Below, piece by piece: positions 1-8,925 of a stretch of 64,000 nt of DNA. Under the pieces are notes generated by a model. That model saw nothing but the letters and a program-made list of their open reading frames with translations, made no database searches and was not told where the DNA came from. Each line of letters starts with the position of its first letter. Position 1 is the stretch's first letter. Source of the stretch: Escherichia coli. GTDB taxonomy: Bacteria; Pseudomonadota; Gammaproteobacteria; Enterobacterales; Enterobacteriaceae. Made by a program: the position numbers and the translations under genes. The stretch is from the NCBI RefSeq assembly GCF_029227855.1, contig NZ_CP074357.1; one strand, given 5' to 3'.

Positions 1-95
1 CCTGGGCGAAATGCGCCTGGTAAGCAGAGTTTTTGAAATGTAAGGCCTTTGAATAAGACAAAAGGCTGCCTCATCGCTAACTTTGCAACAGTGCC
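1..95 (+). mobile_element. IS26 right-end fragment (partial, runs off window start)
   Basis: nt 1-43 encode the Tnp26 C-terminus (..[14 protein letters not shown]), nt 82-95 are the terminal IR TTTGCAACAGTGCC; identical to the right ends of the complete IS26 copies. Confidence 0.9.
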
Positions 96-540
96 CACTG
101 ATCCGCATGCCCGTTCCATACAGAAGCTGGGCGAACAAACGATGCTCGCCTTCCAGAAAACCGAGGATGCGAACCACTTCATCCGGGGTCAGCACCACCG
201 GCAAGCGCCGCGACGGCCGAGGTCTTCCGATCTCCTGAAGCCAGGGCAGATCCGTGCACAGCACCTTGCCGTAGAAGAACAGCAAGGCCGCCAATGCCTG
301 ACGATGCGTGGAGACCGAAACCTTGCGCTCGTTCGCCAGCCAGGACAGAAATGCCTCGACTTCGCTGCTGCCCAAGGTTGCCGGGTGACGCACACCGTGG
401 AAACGGATGAAGGCACGAACCCAGTGGACATAAGCCTGTTCGGTTCGTAAACTGTAATGCAAGTAGCGTATGCGCTCACGCAACTGGTCCAGAACCTTGA
501 CCGAACGCAGCGGTGGTAACGGCGCAGTGGCGGTTTTCAT
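96..540 (-). pseudogene. intI1: intI1 5' fragment (class 1 integron integrase), 3' part removed by IS26
   Basis: Sequence 96-540 is identical in register to the 5' part of the longer intI1 fragment at 30070-30867 (start codon complement at 538-540); abuts IS26 IR at 95/96. Confidence 0.9.
425..453 (+). promoter_or_regulatory. Pc cassette promoter, PcH1-type (-35 TGGACA, -10 TAAACT, 17-bp spacer)
   Basis: Hexamers read directly at 425-430 and 448-453 inside the intI1 5' end; Pc variant naming from established integron literature. Confidence 0.75.
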
Positions 541-686
541 GGCTTGTTATGACTGTTTTTTTGTACAGTCTATGCCTCGGGCATCCAAGCAGCAAGCGCG
601 TTACGCCGTGGGTCGATGTTTGATGTTATGGAGCAGCAACGATGTTACGCAGCAGGGCAGTCGCCCTAAAACAAAGTTAACCCAGG
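541..686 (+). other. attI1 region of class 1 integron 5'-CS (inactive P2: 14-bp spacer between TTGTTA and TACAGT)
   Basis: Identical to 30868-31010 except for the absence of a GGG triplet; first cassette begins after ..CAAAGTTA. Confidence 0.7.
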
Positions 687-1169
687 ATGAGAACCTTGAA
701 AGTATCATTGATGGCTGCGAAAGCGAAAAACGGCGTGATTGGTTGCGGTCCAGACATACCCTGGTCCGCGAAAGGGGAGCAGCTACTTTTTAAAGCATTG
801 ACCTACAATCAGTGGCTTCTGGTGGGTCGCAAGACGTTTGAATCTATGGGCGCACTCCCCAATAGGAAATACGCGGTCGTTACCCGCTCAGGTTGGACAT
901 CAAATGATGACAATGTAGTTGTATTTCAGTCAATCGAAGAGGCCATGGACAGGCTAGCTGAATTCACCGGTCACGTTATAGTGTCTGGTGGCGGAGAAAT
1001 TTACCGAGAAACATTACCCATGGCCTCTACGCTCCACTTATCGACGATCGACATCGAGCCAGAGGGGGATGTTTTCTTCCCGAGTATTCCAAATACCTTC
1101 GAAGTTGTTTTTGAGCAACACTTTACTTCAAACATTAACTATTGCTATCAAATTTGGAAAAAGGGTTAA
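687..1169 (+). CDS. dfrA14: trimethoprim-resistant dihydrofolate reductase, DfrA1/5/14 clade (likely dfrA14) gene cassette
   Basis: 160-aa ORF ..[63 protein letters not shown].. typical type A DHFR; first cassette after attI1; allele assigned from memory plus the known dfrA14-arr-2-cmlA5 array. Confidence 0.75.
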   Translation: MRTLKVSLMAAKAKNGVIGCGPDIPWSAKGEQLLFKALTYNQWLLVGRKTFESMGALPNRKYAVVTRSGWTSNDDNVVVFQSIEEAMDRLAEFTGHVIVSGGGEIYRETLPMASTLHLSTIDIEPEGDVFFPSIPNTFEVVFEQHFTSNINYCYQIWKKG

Positions 1170-1279
1170 CAAAGCTATGCAATCGACGGCAAAAAGCTTC
1201 GTTCGCTTCGCGCACTACGCCTTTTCCGCGATTGATAGCGACGTTATGCAGCCAAATCCCAACAATTAAGGGTCTTAAA

Positions 1280-1732
1280 ATGGTAAAAGATTGGATTCCC
1301 ATCTCTCATGATAATTACAAGCAGGTGCAAGGACCGTTCTATCATGGAACCAAAGCCAATTTGGCGATTGGTGACTTGCTAACCACAGGGTTCATCTCTC
1401 ATTTCGAGGACGGTCGTATTCTTAAGCACATCTACTTTTCAGCCTTGATGGAGCCAGCAGTTTGGGGAGCTGAACTTGCTATGTCACTGTCTGGCCTCGA
1501 GGGTCGCGGCTACATATACATAGTTGAGCCAACAGGACCGTTCGAAGACGATCCGAATCTTACGAACAAAAAATTTCCCGGTAATCCAACACAGTCCTAT
1601 AGAACCTGCGAACCCTTGAGAATTGTTGGCGTTGTTGAAGACTGGGAGGGGCATCCTGTTGAATTAATAAGGGGAATGTTGGATTCGTTAGAGGACTTAA
1701 AGCGCCGTGGTTTACACGTCATTGAAGACTAG
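1280..1732 (+). CDS. arr-2: rifampicin ADP-ribosyltransferase Arr-2 gene cassette
   Basis: 150-aa product MVKDWIPISHDNYKQVQGPFYHGTKANLAIGDLLTTGF.. (Arr family); true start inside ORF 1142..1732. Confidence 0.9.
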   Translation: MVKDWIPISHDNYKQVQGPFYHGTKANLAIGDLLTTGFISHFEDGRILKHIYFSALMEPAVWGAELAMSLSGLEGRGYIYIVEPTGPFEDDPNLTNKKFPGNPTQSYRTCEPLRIVGVVEDWEGHPVELIRGMLDSLEDLKRRGLHVIED

Positions 1733-1924
1733 TCCTTTGCATAACAAAGCCATCAAACCGGACGCCAGAGATTCCGCGCCTGTTGCGCATGGCTTCGCCA
1801 TTTTATGCGCAATAGGCGCGCCACCCTGTCGCCGTTTATGGCGGCGTTGGGCGCACAATAAGGCTCCTCGCAGAGTTGCTTGAAAGTTGTTACGATTCAA
1901 ATTCAATCATGAGATAGTCAGCAG

Positions 1925-1954
1925 ATGAGCACTTCCAAGAACGCAGACAAGTAA
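1925..1954 (+). promoter_or_regulatory. cmlA leader peptide ORF (MSTSKNADK) of the translational attenuator
   Basis: 9-codon ORF atgagcacttccaagaacgcagacaagtaa upstream of the cmlA GTG start; known feature of cmlA cassettes. Confidence 0.7.
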
Positions 1955-2052
1955 GCCGCAGCAACCTTCATTTTTCGGTTGTTGCGGCGTTCTCATGAAT
2001 CCTTTTGCTCTACGGGAGCGCCGCCAAATCCTTTGTTCAAGGAGATGGTTTC

Positions 2053-2345
2053 GTGCGCTCAAAAAACTTTAGTTGGCGGTACTCCCTTGCCGCCACGGTG
2101 TTGTTGTTATCACCGTTCGATTTATTGGCATCACTCGGCATGGACATGTACTTGCCAGCAGTGCCGTTTATGCCAAACGCGCTTGGTACGACAGCGAGCA
2201 CAATTCAGCTTACGCTGACAACGTACTTGGTCATGATTGGTGCCGGTCAGCTCTTGTTTGGACCGCTATCGGACCGACTGGGGCGCCGCCCCGTTCTACT
2301 GGGAGGTGGCCTCGCCTACGTTGTGGCGTCAATGGGCCTCGCTCT
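2053..2345 (+). pseudogene. cmlA5: cmlA5-type chloramphenicol exporter, first ~98 codons only, truncated by IS26
   Basis: VRSKNFSWRYSLAATVLLLSPFDLLASLGMDMYLPAVPFMPNALGTTASTIQLTLTTYLVMIGAGQLLFGPLSDRLGRRPVLLGGGLAYVVASMGLAL then IS26 IR GGCACTGTTGCAAA at 2346. Confidence 0.9.
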
Positions 2346-3165
2346 GGCACTGTTGCAAATAGTCGGTGGTGATAAACTTATCATCCCCTTTTGCTGATGG
2401 AGCTGCACATGAACCCATTCAAAGGCCGGCATTTTCAGCGTGACATCATTCTGTGGGCCGTACGCTGGTACTGCAAATACGGCATCAGTTACCGTGAGCT
2501 GCAGGAGATGCTGGCTGAACGCGGAGTGAATGTCGATCACTCCACGATTTACCGCTGGGTTCAGCGTTATGCGCCTGAAATGGAAAAACGGCTGCGCTGG
2601 TACTGGCGTAACCCTTCCGATCTTTGCCCGTGGCACATGGATGAAACCTACGTGAAGGTCAATGGCCGCTGGGCGTATCTGTACCGGGCCGTCGACAGCC
2701 GGGGCCGCACTGTCGATTTTTATCTCTCCTCCCGTCGTAACAGCAAAGCTGCATACCGGTTTCTGGGTAAAATCCTCAACAACGTGAAGAAGTGGCAGAT
2801 CCCGCGATTCATCAACACGGATAAAGCGCCCGCCTATGGTCGCGCGCTTGCTCTGCTCAAACGCGAAGGCCGGTGCCCGTCTGACGTTGAACACCGACAG
2901 ATTAAGTACCGGAACAACGTGATTGAATGCGATCATGGCAAACTGAAACGGATAATCGGCGCCACGCTGGGATTTAAATCCATGAAGACGGCTTACGCCA
3001 CCATCAAAGGTATTGAGGTGATGCGTGCACTACGCAAAGGCCAGGCCTCAGCATTTTATTATGGTGATCCCCTGGGCGAAATGCGCCTGGTAAGCAGAGT
3101 TTTTGAAATGTAAGGCCTTTGAATAAGACAAAAGGCTGCCTCATCGCTAACTTTGCAACAGTGCC
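2346..3165 (+). mobile_element. IS26 (820 bp, both 14-bp IRs present)
   Basis: GGCACTGTTGCAAA at 2346-2359 and TTTGCAACAGTGCC at 3152-3165; no 8-bp target duplication (flanks ctcgctct / ggattgaa). Confidence 0.97.
2409..3113 (+). CDS. tnp26: IS26 transposase Tnp26 (234 aa from MNPFKG; ORF track gives 240-aa form from 2391), G184 wild type
   Basis: [41 protein letters not shown].. Confidence 0.95.
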   Translation: MNPFKGRHFQRDIILWAVRWYCKYGISYRELQEMLAERGVNVDHSTIYRWVQRYAPEMEKRLRWYWRNPSDLCPWHMDETYVKVNGRWAYLYRAVDSRGRTVDFYLSSRRNSKAAYRFLGKILNNVKKWQIPRFINTDKAPAYGRALALLKREGRCPSDVEHRQIKYRNNVIECDHGKLKRIIGATLGFKSMKTAYATIKGIEVMRALRKGQASAFYYGDPLGEMRLVSRVFEM

Positions 3166-3234
3166 GGATTGAATATAACCGACGTGACTGTTACATTTAG
3201 GTGGCTAAACCCGTCAAGCCCTCAGGAGTGAATC

Positions 3235-4140
3235 ATGACCGTAGTCACGACCGCCGATACCTCCCAACTGTACGCACTTGCAGCCCGACATGGGCTCAAG
3301 CTCCATGGCCCGCTGACTGTCAATGAGCTTGGGCTCGACTATAGGATCGTGATCGCCACCGTCGACGATGGACGTCGGTGGGTGCTGCGCATCCCGCGCC
3401 GAGCCGAGGTAAGCGCGAAGGTCGAACCAGAGGCGCGGGTGCTGGCAATGCTCAAGAATCGCCTGCCGTTCGCGGTGCCGGACTGGCGCGTGGCCAACGC
3501 CGAGCTCGTTGCCTATCCCATGCTCGAAGACTCGACTGCGATGGTCATCCAGCCTGGTTCGTCCACGCCCGACTGGGTCGTGCCGCAGGACTCGGAGGTC
3601 TTCGCGGAGAGCTTCGCGACCGCGCTCGCCGCCCTGCATGCCGTCCCCATTTCCGCCGCCGTGGATGCGGGGATGCTCATCCGTACACCGACGCAGGCCC
3701 GTCAGAAGGTGGCCGACGACGTTGACCGCGTCCGACGCGAGTTCGTGGTGAACGACAAGCGCCTCCACCGGTGGCAGCGCTGGCTCGACGACGATTCGTC
3801 GTGGCCAGATTTCTCCGTGGTGGTGCATGGCGATCTCTACGTGGGCCATGTGCTCATCGACAACACGGAGCGCGTCAGCGGGATGATCGACTGGAGCGAG
3901 GCCCGCGTTGATGACCCTGCCATCGACATGGCCGCGCACCTTATGGTCTTTGGTGAAGAGGGGCTCGCGAAGCTCCTCCTCACGTATGAAGCGGCCGGTG
4001 GCCGGGTGTGGCCGCGGCTCGCCCACCACATCGCGGAGCGCCTTGCGTTCGGGGCGGTCACCTACGCACTCTTCGCCCTCGACTCGGGTAACGAAGAGTA
4101 CCTCGCTGCGGCGAAGGCGCAGCTCGCCGCAGCGGAATGA
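3235..4140 (+). CDS. mph(A): macrolide 2'-phosphotransferase Mph(A)
   Basis: 301-aa product MTVVTTADTSQLYALAARHGLKLHGPLTVNELGLDYRIVIATVDDGRRWVLRIPRRAEV..; first gene after IS26 as in the canonical IS26-mph(A)-mrx-mphR(A)-IS6100 unit. Confidence 0.95.
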   Translation: MTVVTTADTSQLYALAARHGLKLHGPLTVNELGLDYRIVIATVDDGRRWVLRIPRRAEVSAKVEPEARVLAMLKNRLPFAVPDWRVANAELVAYPMLEDSTAMVIQPGSSTPDWVVPQDSEVFAESFATALAALHAVPISAAVDAGMLIRTPTQARQKVADDVDRVRREFVVNDKRLHRWQRWLDDDSSWPDFSVVVHGDLYVGHVLIDNTERVSGMIDWSEARVDDPAIDMAAHLMVFGEEGLAKLLLTYEAAGGRVWPRLAHHIAERLAFGAVTYALFALDSGNEEYLAAAKAQLAAAE

Positions 4141-5375
4141 GCGAACGTCGATATAGCCCGCTCGCGACGCTGTTCGCGGCGACCTTTCTCTTCCGGATCG
4201 GCAACGCGGTGGCGGCCCTCGCGCTTCCATGGTTCGTCCTGTCTCATACAAAGAGCGCGGCCTGGGCGGGCGCCACGGCCGCTAGCAGCGTCATCGCGAC
4301 CATCATCGGCGCGTGGGTTGGTGGTGGCCTCGTCGATCGGTTCGGGCGCGCGCCCGTCGCATTGATCTCGGGTGTGGTGGGCGGCGTGGCCATGGCGAGC
4401 ATCCCACTGCTCGATGCCGTTGGCGCCCTCTCGAACACTGGGCTGATCGCTTGCGTGGTGCTCGGTGCTGCGTTCGACGCACCCGGTATGGCCGCGCAGG
4501 ACAGTGAGCTGCCCAAACTCGGCCACGTCGCCGGGCTCTCCGTTGAGCGCGTCTCGTCACTGAAAGCGGTGATCGGGAACGTCGCGATTCTAGGTGGCCC
4601 GGCCCTTGGGGGGGCCGCAATCGGCCTGCTTGGCGCTGCGCCAACGCTCGGGCTGACGGCGTTCTGCTCCGTCCTTGCAGGTCTGCTCGGCGCGTGGGTG
4701 CTTCCCGCGCGTGCCGCTCGGACGATGACCACGACGGCGACTCTCTCCATGCGCGCCGGCGTCGCTTTTCTCTGGAGCGAACCCCTGCTGCGCCCTCTCT
4801 TTGGTATAGTGATGATCTTCGTGGGCATCGTTGGCGCCAACGGCAGCGTCATCATGCCTGCGCTGTTTGTAGATGCAGGACGCCAAGTAGCAGAGCTCGG
4901 GCTGTTCTCCTCAATGATGGGGGCTGGTGGTCTCCTTGGCATTGCCATTCATGCGTCGGTCGGCGCCCGGATATCAGCGCAGAACTGGCTGGCGGTGGCA
5001 TTTTGTGGCTCTGCGGTGGGCTCGCTTCTGCTTTCACAGTTGCCAGGCGTGCCGGTGCTGATGTTGTTGGGCGCGCTCGTGGGACTGCTGACCGGCTCAG
5101 TCTCTCCCATTCTCAACGCTGCCATCTACAACCGCACGCCGCCAGAACTTCTCGGCCGGGTACTCGGCACGGTCTCGGCGGTGATGCTGTCAGCCTCGCC
5201 CATGGTTATGCTTGCGGCCGGCGCGTTTGTCGACCTTGCTGGTCCGCTCCCTGGCCTCGTTGTATCGGCCGTGTTTGCGGGGCTCGTGGCTCTACTCTCG
5301 CTCCGTCTTCAATTTGCTACAATGGCGGCGGCAGCCACAGCCTCCGCCCCAACCCATACAGAAGGTGAACACTGA
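4137..5375 (+). CDS. mrx(A): MFS transporter Mrx(A) of the mph(A) operon
   Basis: 412-aa hydrophobic ORF overlapping mph(A) stop; multiple TM segments. Confidence 0.9.
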   Translation: MSERRYSPLATLFAATFLFRIGNAVAALALPWFVLSHTKSAAWAGATAASSVIATIIGAWVGGGLVDRFGRAPVALISGVVGGVAMASIPLLDAVGALSNTGLIACVVLGAAFDAPGMAAQDSELPKLGHVAGLSVERVSSLKAVIGNVAILGGPALGGAAIGLLGAAPTLGLTAFCSVLAGLLGAWVLPARAARTMTTTATLSMRAGVAFLWSEPLLRPLFGIVMIFVGIVGANGSVIMPALFVDAGRQVAELGLFSSMMGAGGLLGIAIHASVGARISAQNWLAVAFCGSAVGSLLLSQLPGVPVLMLLGALVGLLTGSVSPILNAAIYNRTPPELLGRVLGTVSAVMLSASPMVMLAAGAFVDLAGPLPGLVVSAVFAGLVALLSLRLQFATMAAAATASAPTHTEGEH

Positions 5376-5959
5376 TGCCCCGCCCCAAGCTCAAGTCCGA
5401 TGACGAGGTACTCGAGGCCGCCACCGTAGTGCTGAAGCGTTGCGGTCCCATAGAGTTCACGCTCAGCGGAGTAGCAAAGGAGGTGGGGCTCTCCCGCGCA
5501 GCGTTAATCCAGCGCTTCACCAACCGCGATACGCTGCTGGTGAGGATGATGGAGCGCGGCGTCGAGCAGGTGCGGCATTACCTGAATGCGATACCGATAG
5601 GCGCAGGGCCGCAAGGGCTCTGGGAATTTTTGCAGGTGCTCGTTCGGAGCATGAACACTCGCAACGACTTCTCGGTGAACTATCTCATCTCCTGGTACGA
5701 GCTCCAGGTGCCGGAGCTACGCACGCTTGCGATCCAGCGGAACCGCGCGGTGGTGGAGGGGATCCGCAAGCGACTGCCCCCAGGTGCTCCTGCGGCAGCT
5801 GAGTTGCTCCTGCACTCGGTCATCGCTGGCGCGACGATGCAGTGGGCCGTCGATCCGGATGGTGAGCTAGCTGATCATGTGCTGGCTCAGATCGCTGCCA
5901 TCCTGTGTTTAATGTTTCCCGAACACGACGATTTCCAACTCCTCCAGGCACATGCGTAA
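5375..5959 (+). CDS. mphR(A): TetR-family repressor MphR(A)
   Basis: 194-aa ORF overlapping mrx stop, N-terminal HTH region ..FTLSGVAKEVGLSRAALIQRFTNRDTLL.. Confidence 0.9.
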   Translation: MPRPKLKSDDEVLEAATVVLKRCGPIEFTLSGVAKEVGLSRAALIQRFTNRDTLLVRMMERGVEQVRHYLNAIPIGAGPQGLWEFLQVLVRSMNTRNDFSVNYLISWYELQVPELRTLAIQRNRAVVEGIRKRLPPGAPAAAELLLHSVIAGATMQWAVDPDGELADHVLAQIAAILCLMFPEHDDFQLLQAHA

Positions 5960-6396
5960 ACGGAGGTGTGCAGAGTCCCTGCGGCAGGCGACGAACACGA
6001 CCGTCGTCGATTAGTACCGGTACGGTCGGTGGTATCGAAGTCTTGATCACCACTCAGGTCTACGGCTTACAAATGGTGACCATCCCGATACTTGCGTCAG
6101 AGCACCGGGCCGATTCTTTGACAGTGAATCACTCCCGTAAGGTTGTGCCGGTGTGGGTGTCCCGGGTCGAGACGATACTCCGCCAATGCGCCCAGCAAAC
6201 AACCTGGCCATCGCAGGTGGTGGGGAGCGGTGTGGCGGATGAGTTGGACAAGTTGGTGTAGCAGCACGAGCACGGCGAGATAACATCGCAGGAGTTCGAC
6301 ATGCTCAAGAGACAGCTGATTGCGAATCGCGATGCAGATTCATAACCCGATTGCGGGTTGGCTTCACTCCACCATCACCGAGCAGACTAGCACGGC

Positions 6397-6718
6397 GGGC
6401 TCTGTTGCAAAGATTGGCGGCAGTCAGAGGTAGGCTGTCGCTCTGCGCCGATCAGGCGGCTGCTGCGAAATGGTGGTTGAGCATGCCCATGGCCTCCGTC
6501 AGCGCCGAGGGCCCAATGCCAAAAGCTCTCTCCACAAGGCGCACCTCGCCCCTGATGCCGGGCTGCAGGCACCAGGGGCGAGCCTGTCCTTTGCGCAGGG
6601 CTCGCATGACTTCGAATCCCTTGATCGTGGCATAGGCCGTGGGGATCGATTTGAAACCGCGCACCGGCTTGATCAGTATCTTGAGCTTTCCGTGATCGGC
6701 CTCGATCACGTTATTGAG
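6397..6718 (-). mobile_element. IS6100 remnant (IR plus 3' end of transposase), truncated by IS26
   Basis: IR GGCTCTGTTGCAAAGATTGGCGGCAGTCAGAGG at 6397; minus-strand frame gives IS6-family Tnp C-terminus ..[45 protein letters not shown].. Confidence 0.85.
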
Positions 6719-7500
6719 GGCACTGTTGCAAATAGTCGGTGGTGATAAACTTATCATCCCCTTTTGCTGATGGAGCTGCACATGAACCCATTCAAAGGCC
6801 GGCATTTTCAGCGTGACATCATTCTGTGGGCCGTACGCTGGTACTGCAAATACGGCATCAGTTACCGTGAGCTGCAGGAGATGCTGGCTGAACGCGGAGT
6901 GAATGTCGATCACTCCACGATTTACCGCTGGGTTCAGCGTTATGCGCCTGAAATGGAAAAACGGCTGCGCTGGTACTGGCGTAACCCTTCCGATCTTTGC
7001 CCGTGGCACATGGATGAAACCTACGTGAAGGTCAATGGCCGCTGGGCGTATCTGTACCGGGCCGTCGACAGCCGGGGCCGCACTGTCGATTTTTATCTCT
7101 CCTCCCGTCGTAACAGCAAAGCTGCATACCGGTTTCTGGGTAAAATCCTCAACAACGTGAAGAAGTGGCAGATCCCGCGATTCATCAACACGGATAAAGC
7201 GCCCGCCTATGGTCGCGCGCTTGCTCTGCTCAAACGCGAAGGCCGGTGCCCGTCTGACGTTGAACACCGACAGATTAAGTACCGGAACAACGTGATTGAA
7301 TGCGATCATGGCAAACTGAAACGGATAATCGGCGCCACGCTGGGATTTAAATCCATGAAGACGGCTTACGCCACCATCAAAGGTATTGAGGTGATGCGTG
7401 CACTACGCAAAGGCCAGGCCTCAGCATTTTATTATGGTGATCCCCTGGGCGAAATGCGCCTGGTAAGCAGAGTTTTTGAAATGTAAGGCCTTTGAATAAG
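6719..7500 (+). mobile_element. IS26 lacking the last 38 bp including the right IR
   Basis: Left IR at 6719; sequence matches IS26 up to ..CCTTTGAATAAG (7500) then diverges (gagagcatgaaaaacc..) instead of ACAAAAGGCTGCC..TTTGCAACAGTGCC. Confidence 0.85.
6782..7486 (+). CDS. tnp26: IS26 transposase Tnp26 (G184 wild type)
   Basis: Identical protein to the copy at 2409-3113. Confidence 0.95.
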   Translation: MNPFKGRHFQRDIILWAVRWYCKYGISYRELQEMLAERGVNVDHSTIYRWVQRYAPEMEKRLRWYWRNPSDLCPWHMDETYVKVNGRWAYLYRAVDSRGRTVDFYLSSRRNSKAAYRFLGKILNNVKKWQIPRFINTDKAPAYGRALALLKREGRCPSDVEHRQIKYRNNVIECDHGKLKRIIGATLGFKSMKTAYATIKGIEVMRALRKGQASAFYYGDPLGEMRLVSRVFEM

Positions 7501-7592
7501 GAGAGCATGAAAAACCTCGGGGCAGCCATCGAATGATGCCATCTACAGGGGTTAAAATAACCACCATCATTTCATAACAATACCTGCTGACT

Positions 7593-8183
7593 ATGAAGAT
7601 CTACGTCATCAAAATAGCAGTTCATGGAGTCAGTCCGATGGTCTGGCGTCGGCTGAGAATTGCTGCCGACACGTCACTGGCCGCGCTTCACTTCATTTTC
7701 CAGATAGTGCAGGGCTGGGGGGACGACCATCTCCATCAATTTCACATTTATGGCAAAGATTACGGTATCTCCTACGAAGGAGGCATCGGTTTTGTCGATA
7801 ATCCGTTCCGGGTCGTGATTGATGATTTTGCTTTTGATGCTGGCGATCGCTTTACCTATGAATACAATTTCTTTGAGCACTGGCTTCATGACATTCGTGT
7901 TGAGGCCATTTATGAAAACTCTACGCTGAAAGCGCCGTTTTGTATAAGCGGCCATGGTATGCCCGGAGCCACAGCTGCGGATGAGTTCGATAAAACCCTG
8001 GCGTTTCTTGAAGCTATCGTTAATGCGGATGATGAAACAACGGTCGGCGAGATCCGCCCTTTTGCTGACGACCTGGATGCTGTCAGGTTCAACCGCCACA
8101 AAATCAACCGGCAACTGAGCAGGCTCGACCTTGCATCTCCGGTACTGGAGCCTGAAGTTATCTGGCTGGGCCGTCGTCGCTGA
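7593..8183 (+). CDS. hypothetical protein, plasmid pRiA4b ORF-3-like family
   Basis: 196-aa ORF with the family-typical ..SPMVWRRLRI.. and ..HLHQFHI.. motifs (family recalled from memory). Confidence 0.6.
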   Translation: MKIYVIKIAVHGVSPMVWRRLRIAADTSLAALHFIFQIVQGWGDDHLHQFHIYGKDYGISYEGGIGFVDNPFRVVIDDFAFDAGDRFTYEYNFFEHWLHDIRVEAIYENSTLKAPFCISGHGMPGATAADEFDKTLAFLEAIVNADDETTVGEIRPFADDLDAVRFNRHKINRQLSRLDLASPVLEPEVIWLGRRR

Positions 8184-8319
8184 CTGATGTCTATAAAGGT
8201 ATACGTTTTCAGCATGCCTCTCAGATCCCCGAAAAAATGTCTATAAACCTCCCTAAATCAGTGTTTATGGATTATTCTTTAAATCTCTATGATGTTTAAA
8301 GACCTTCCGGAGGTTTTGC

Positions 8320-8892
8320 GTGCAATATGCCTACATCAGGGTAAGCTCGGCCGATCAGAATACGGCCCGTCAGGAAGAGGCATTGTCAAAGGCGGGTTTT
8401 CAGCCTGATAAAATTTGTGTTGAGCATGCCAGCGCGAAGGACACAAACCGCCCGGGGTTACAGGAACTCCTGGGGCAATTACGCCCTGGTGATACGCTTC
8501 TGGTTCATTCCATCGATCGCCTTTGCCGGAATATGTCGGATATGTGCGCTGTCACCACCCGGCTTCGTGACCAGGGCGTTACCCTTATTTTTCTGAAAGA
8601 GCAGCTGACGTTCAGCGCCGGCACAAACAATCCGATGCAGGAACTGCAGCTGCACATGATGTCGGCATTCAGCCAGTTTGAACGAGCCTTACTGAAGGAA
8701 AGGCAGGCCGACGGCATCGCCGCGAAAAAAGCACGGGGTGAAAAAACAGGGCGCCCCGGCGCCGATATCAAAAAGATCCAGGAAATTGACGCACTCAGAA
8801 GCAGAGGGGTCAGGCTCAGGATCGCCTGCGACCATGCGGGCCTTGGCGTTTCCACATATTATAAGCTTCGTCACCAGATGAACAACCAGTAG
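8320..8892 (+). CDS. serine recombinase (resolvase/invertase family)
   Basis: 190-aa ORF MQYAYIRVSSADQNTARQ.. with catalytic Ser motif and C-terminal HTH. Confidence 0.85.
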   Translation: MQYAYIRVSSADQNTARQEEALSKAGFQPDKICVEHASAKDTNRPGLQELLGQLRPGDTLLVHSIDRLCRNMSDMCAVTTRLRDQGVTLIFLKEQLTFSAGTNNPMQELQLHMMSAFSQFERALLKERQADGIAAKKARGEKTGRPGADIKKIQEIDALRSRGVRLRIACDHAGLGVSTYYKLRHQMNNQ

Positions 8893-8925
8893 CCGGGAGA
8901 TAGTCATCCACCACAGCAGGAGGCA

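Noticed and set aside
49-450. Plus-strand [19 protein letters not shown].. starting inside the IS26 end and running antisense through intI1
   Set aside because: Begins at a TTG within the IS26 terminus and is antisense to intI1; the same artefact prefix appears on the rep gene at 58031-58759 and at 57681-58220.
2316-2936. Minus-strand [13 protein letters not shown].. recurring at every IS26 copy (also 6452-7309, 24513-25265, 29208-29840, 32844-33440, 56710-57498, 58942-59811)
   Set aside because: Antisense to the Tnp26 reading frame inside IS26 and extending different distances into flanking DNA at each copy; a frame artefact of the repeated element, not a gene.
2391-3113. 240-aa form of Tnp26 starting [10 protein letters not shown] as given by the ORF track
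   Set aside because: IS26 transposase is conventionally 234 aa from MNPFKG; the upstream ATG lies within the left end and the extension is probably not the native start. Coordinates reported from the second ATG; either way the gene is the same.
3214-4251. 345-aa minus-strand ORF and several 60-230-aa ORFs overlapping mph(A)/mrx(A) (3378-5368)
   Set aside because: GC-rich DNA gives long spurious open frames on the opposite strand; they overlap well-defined resistance genes and have Arg/Pro/Ala-rich low-complexity translations.
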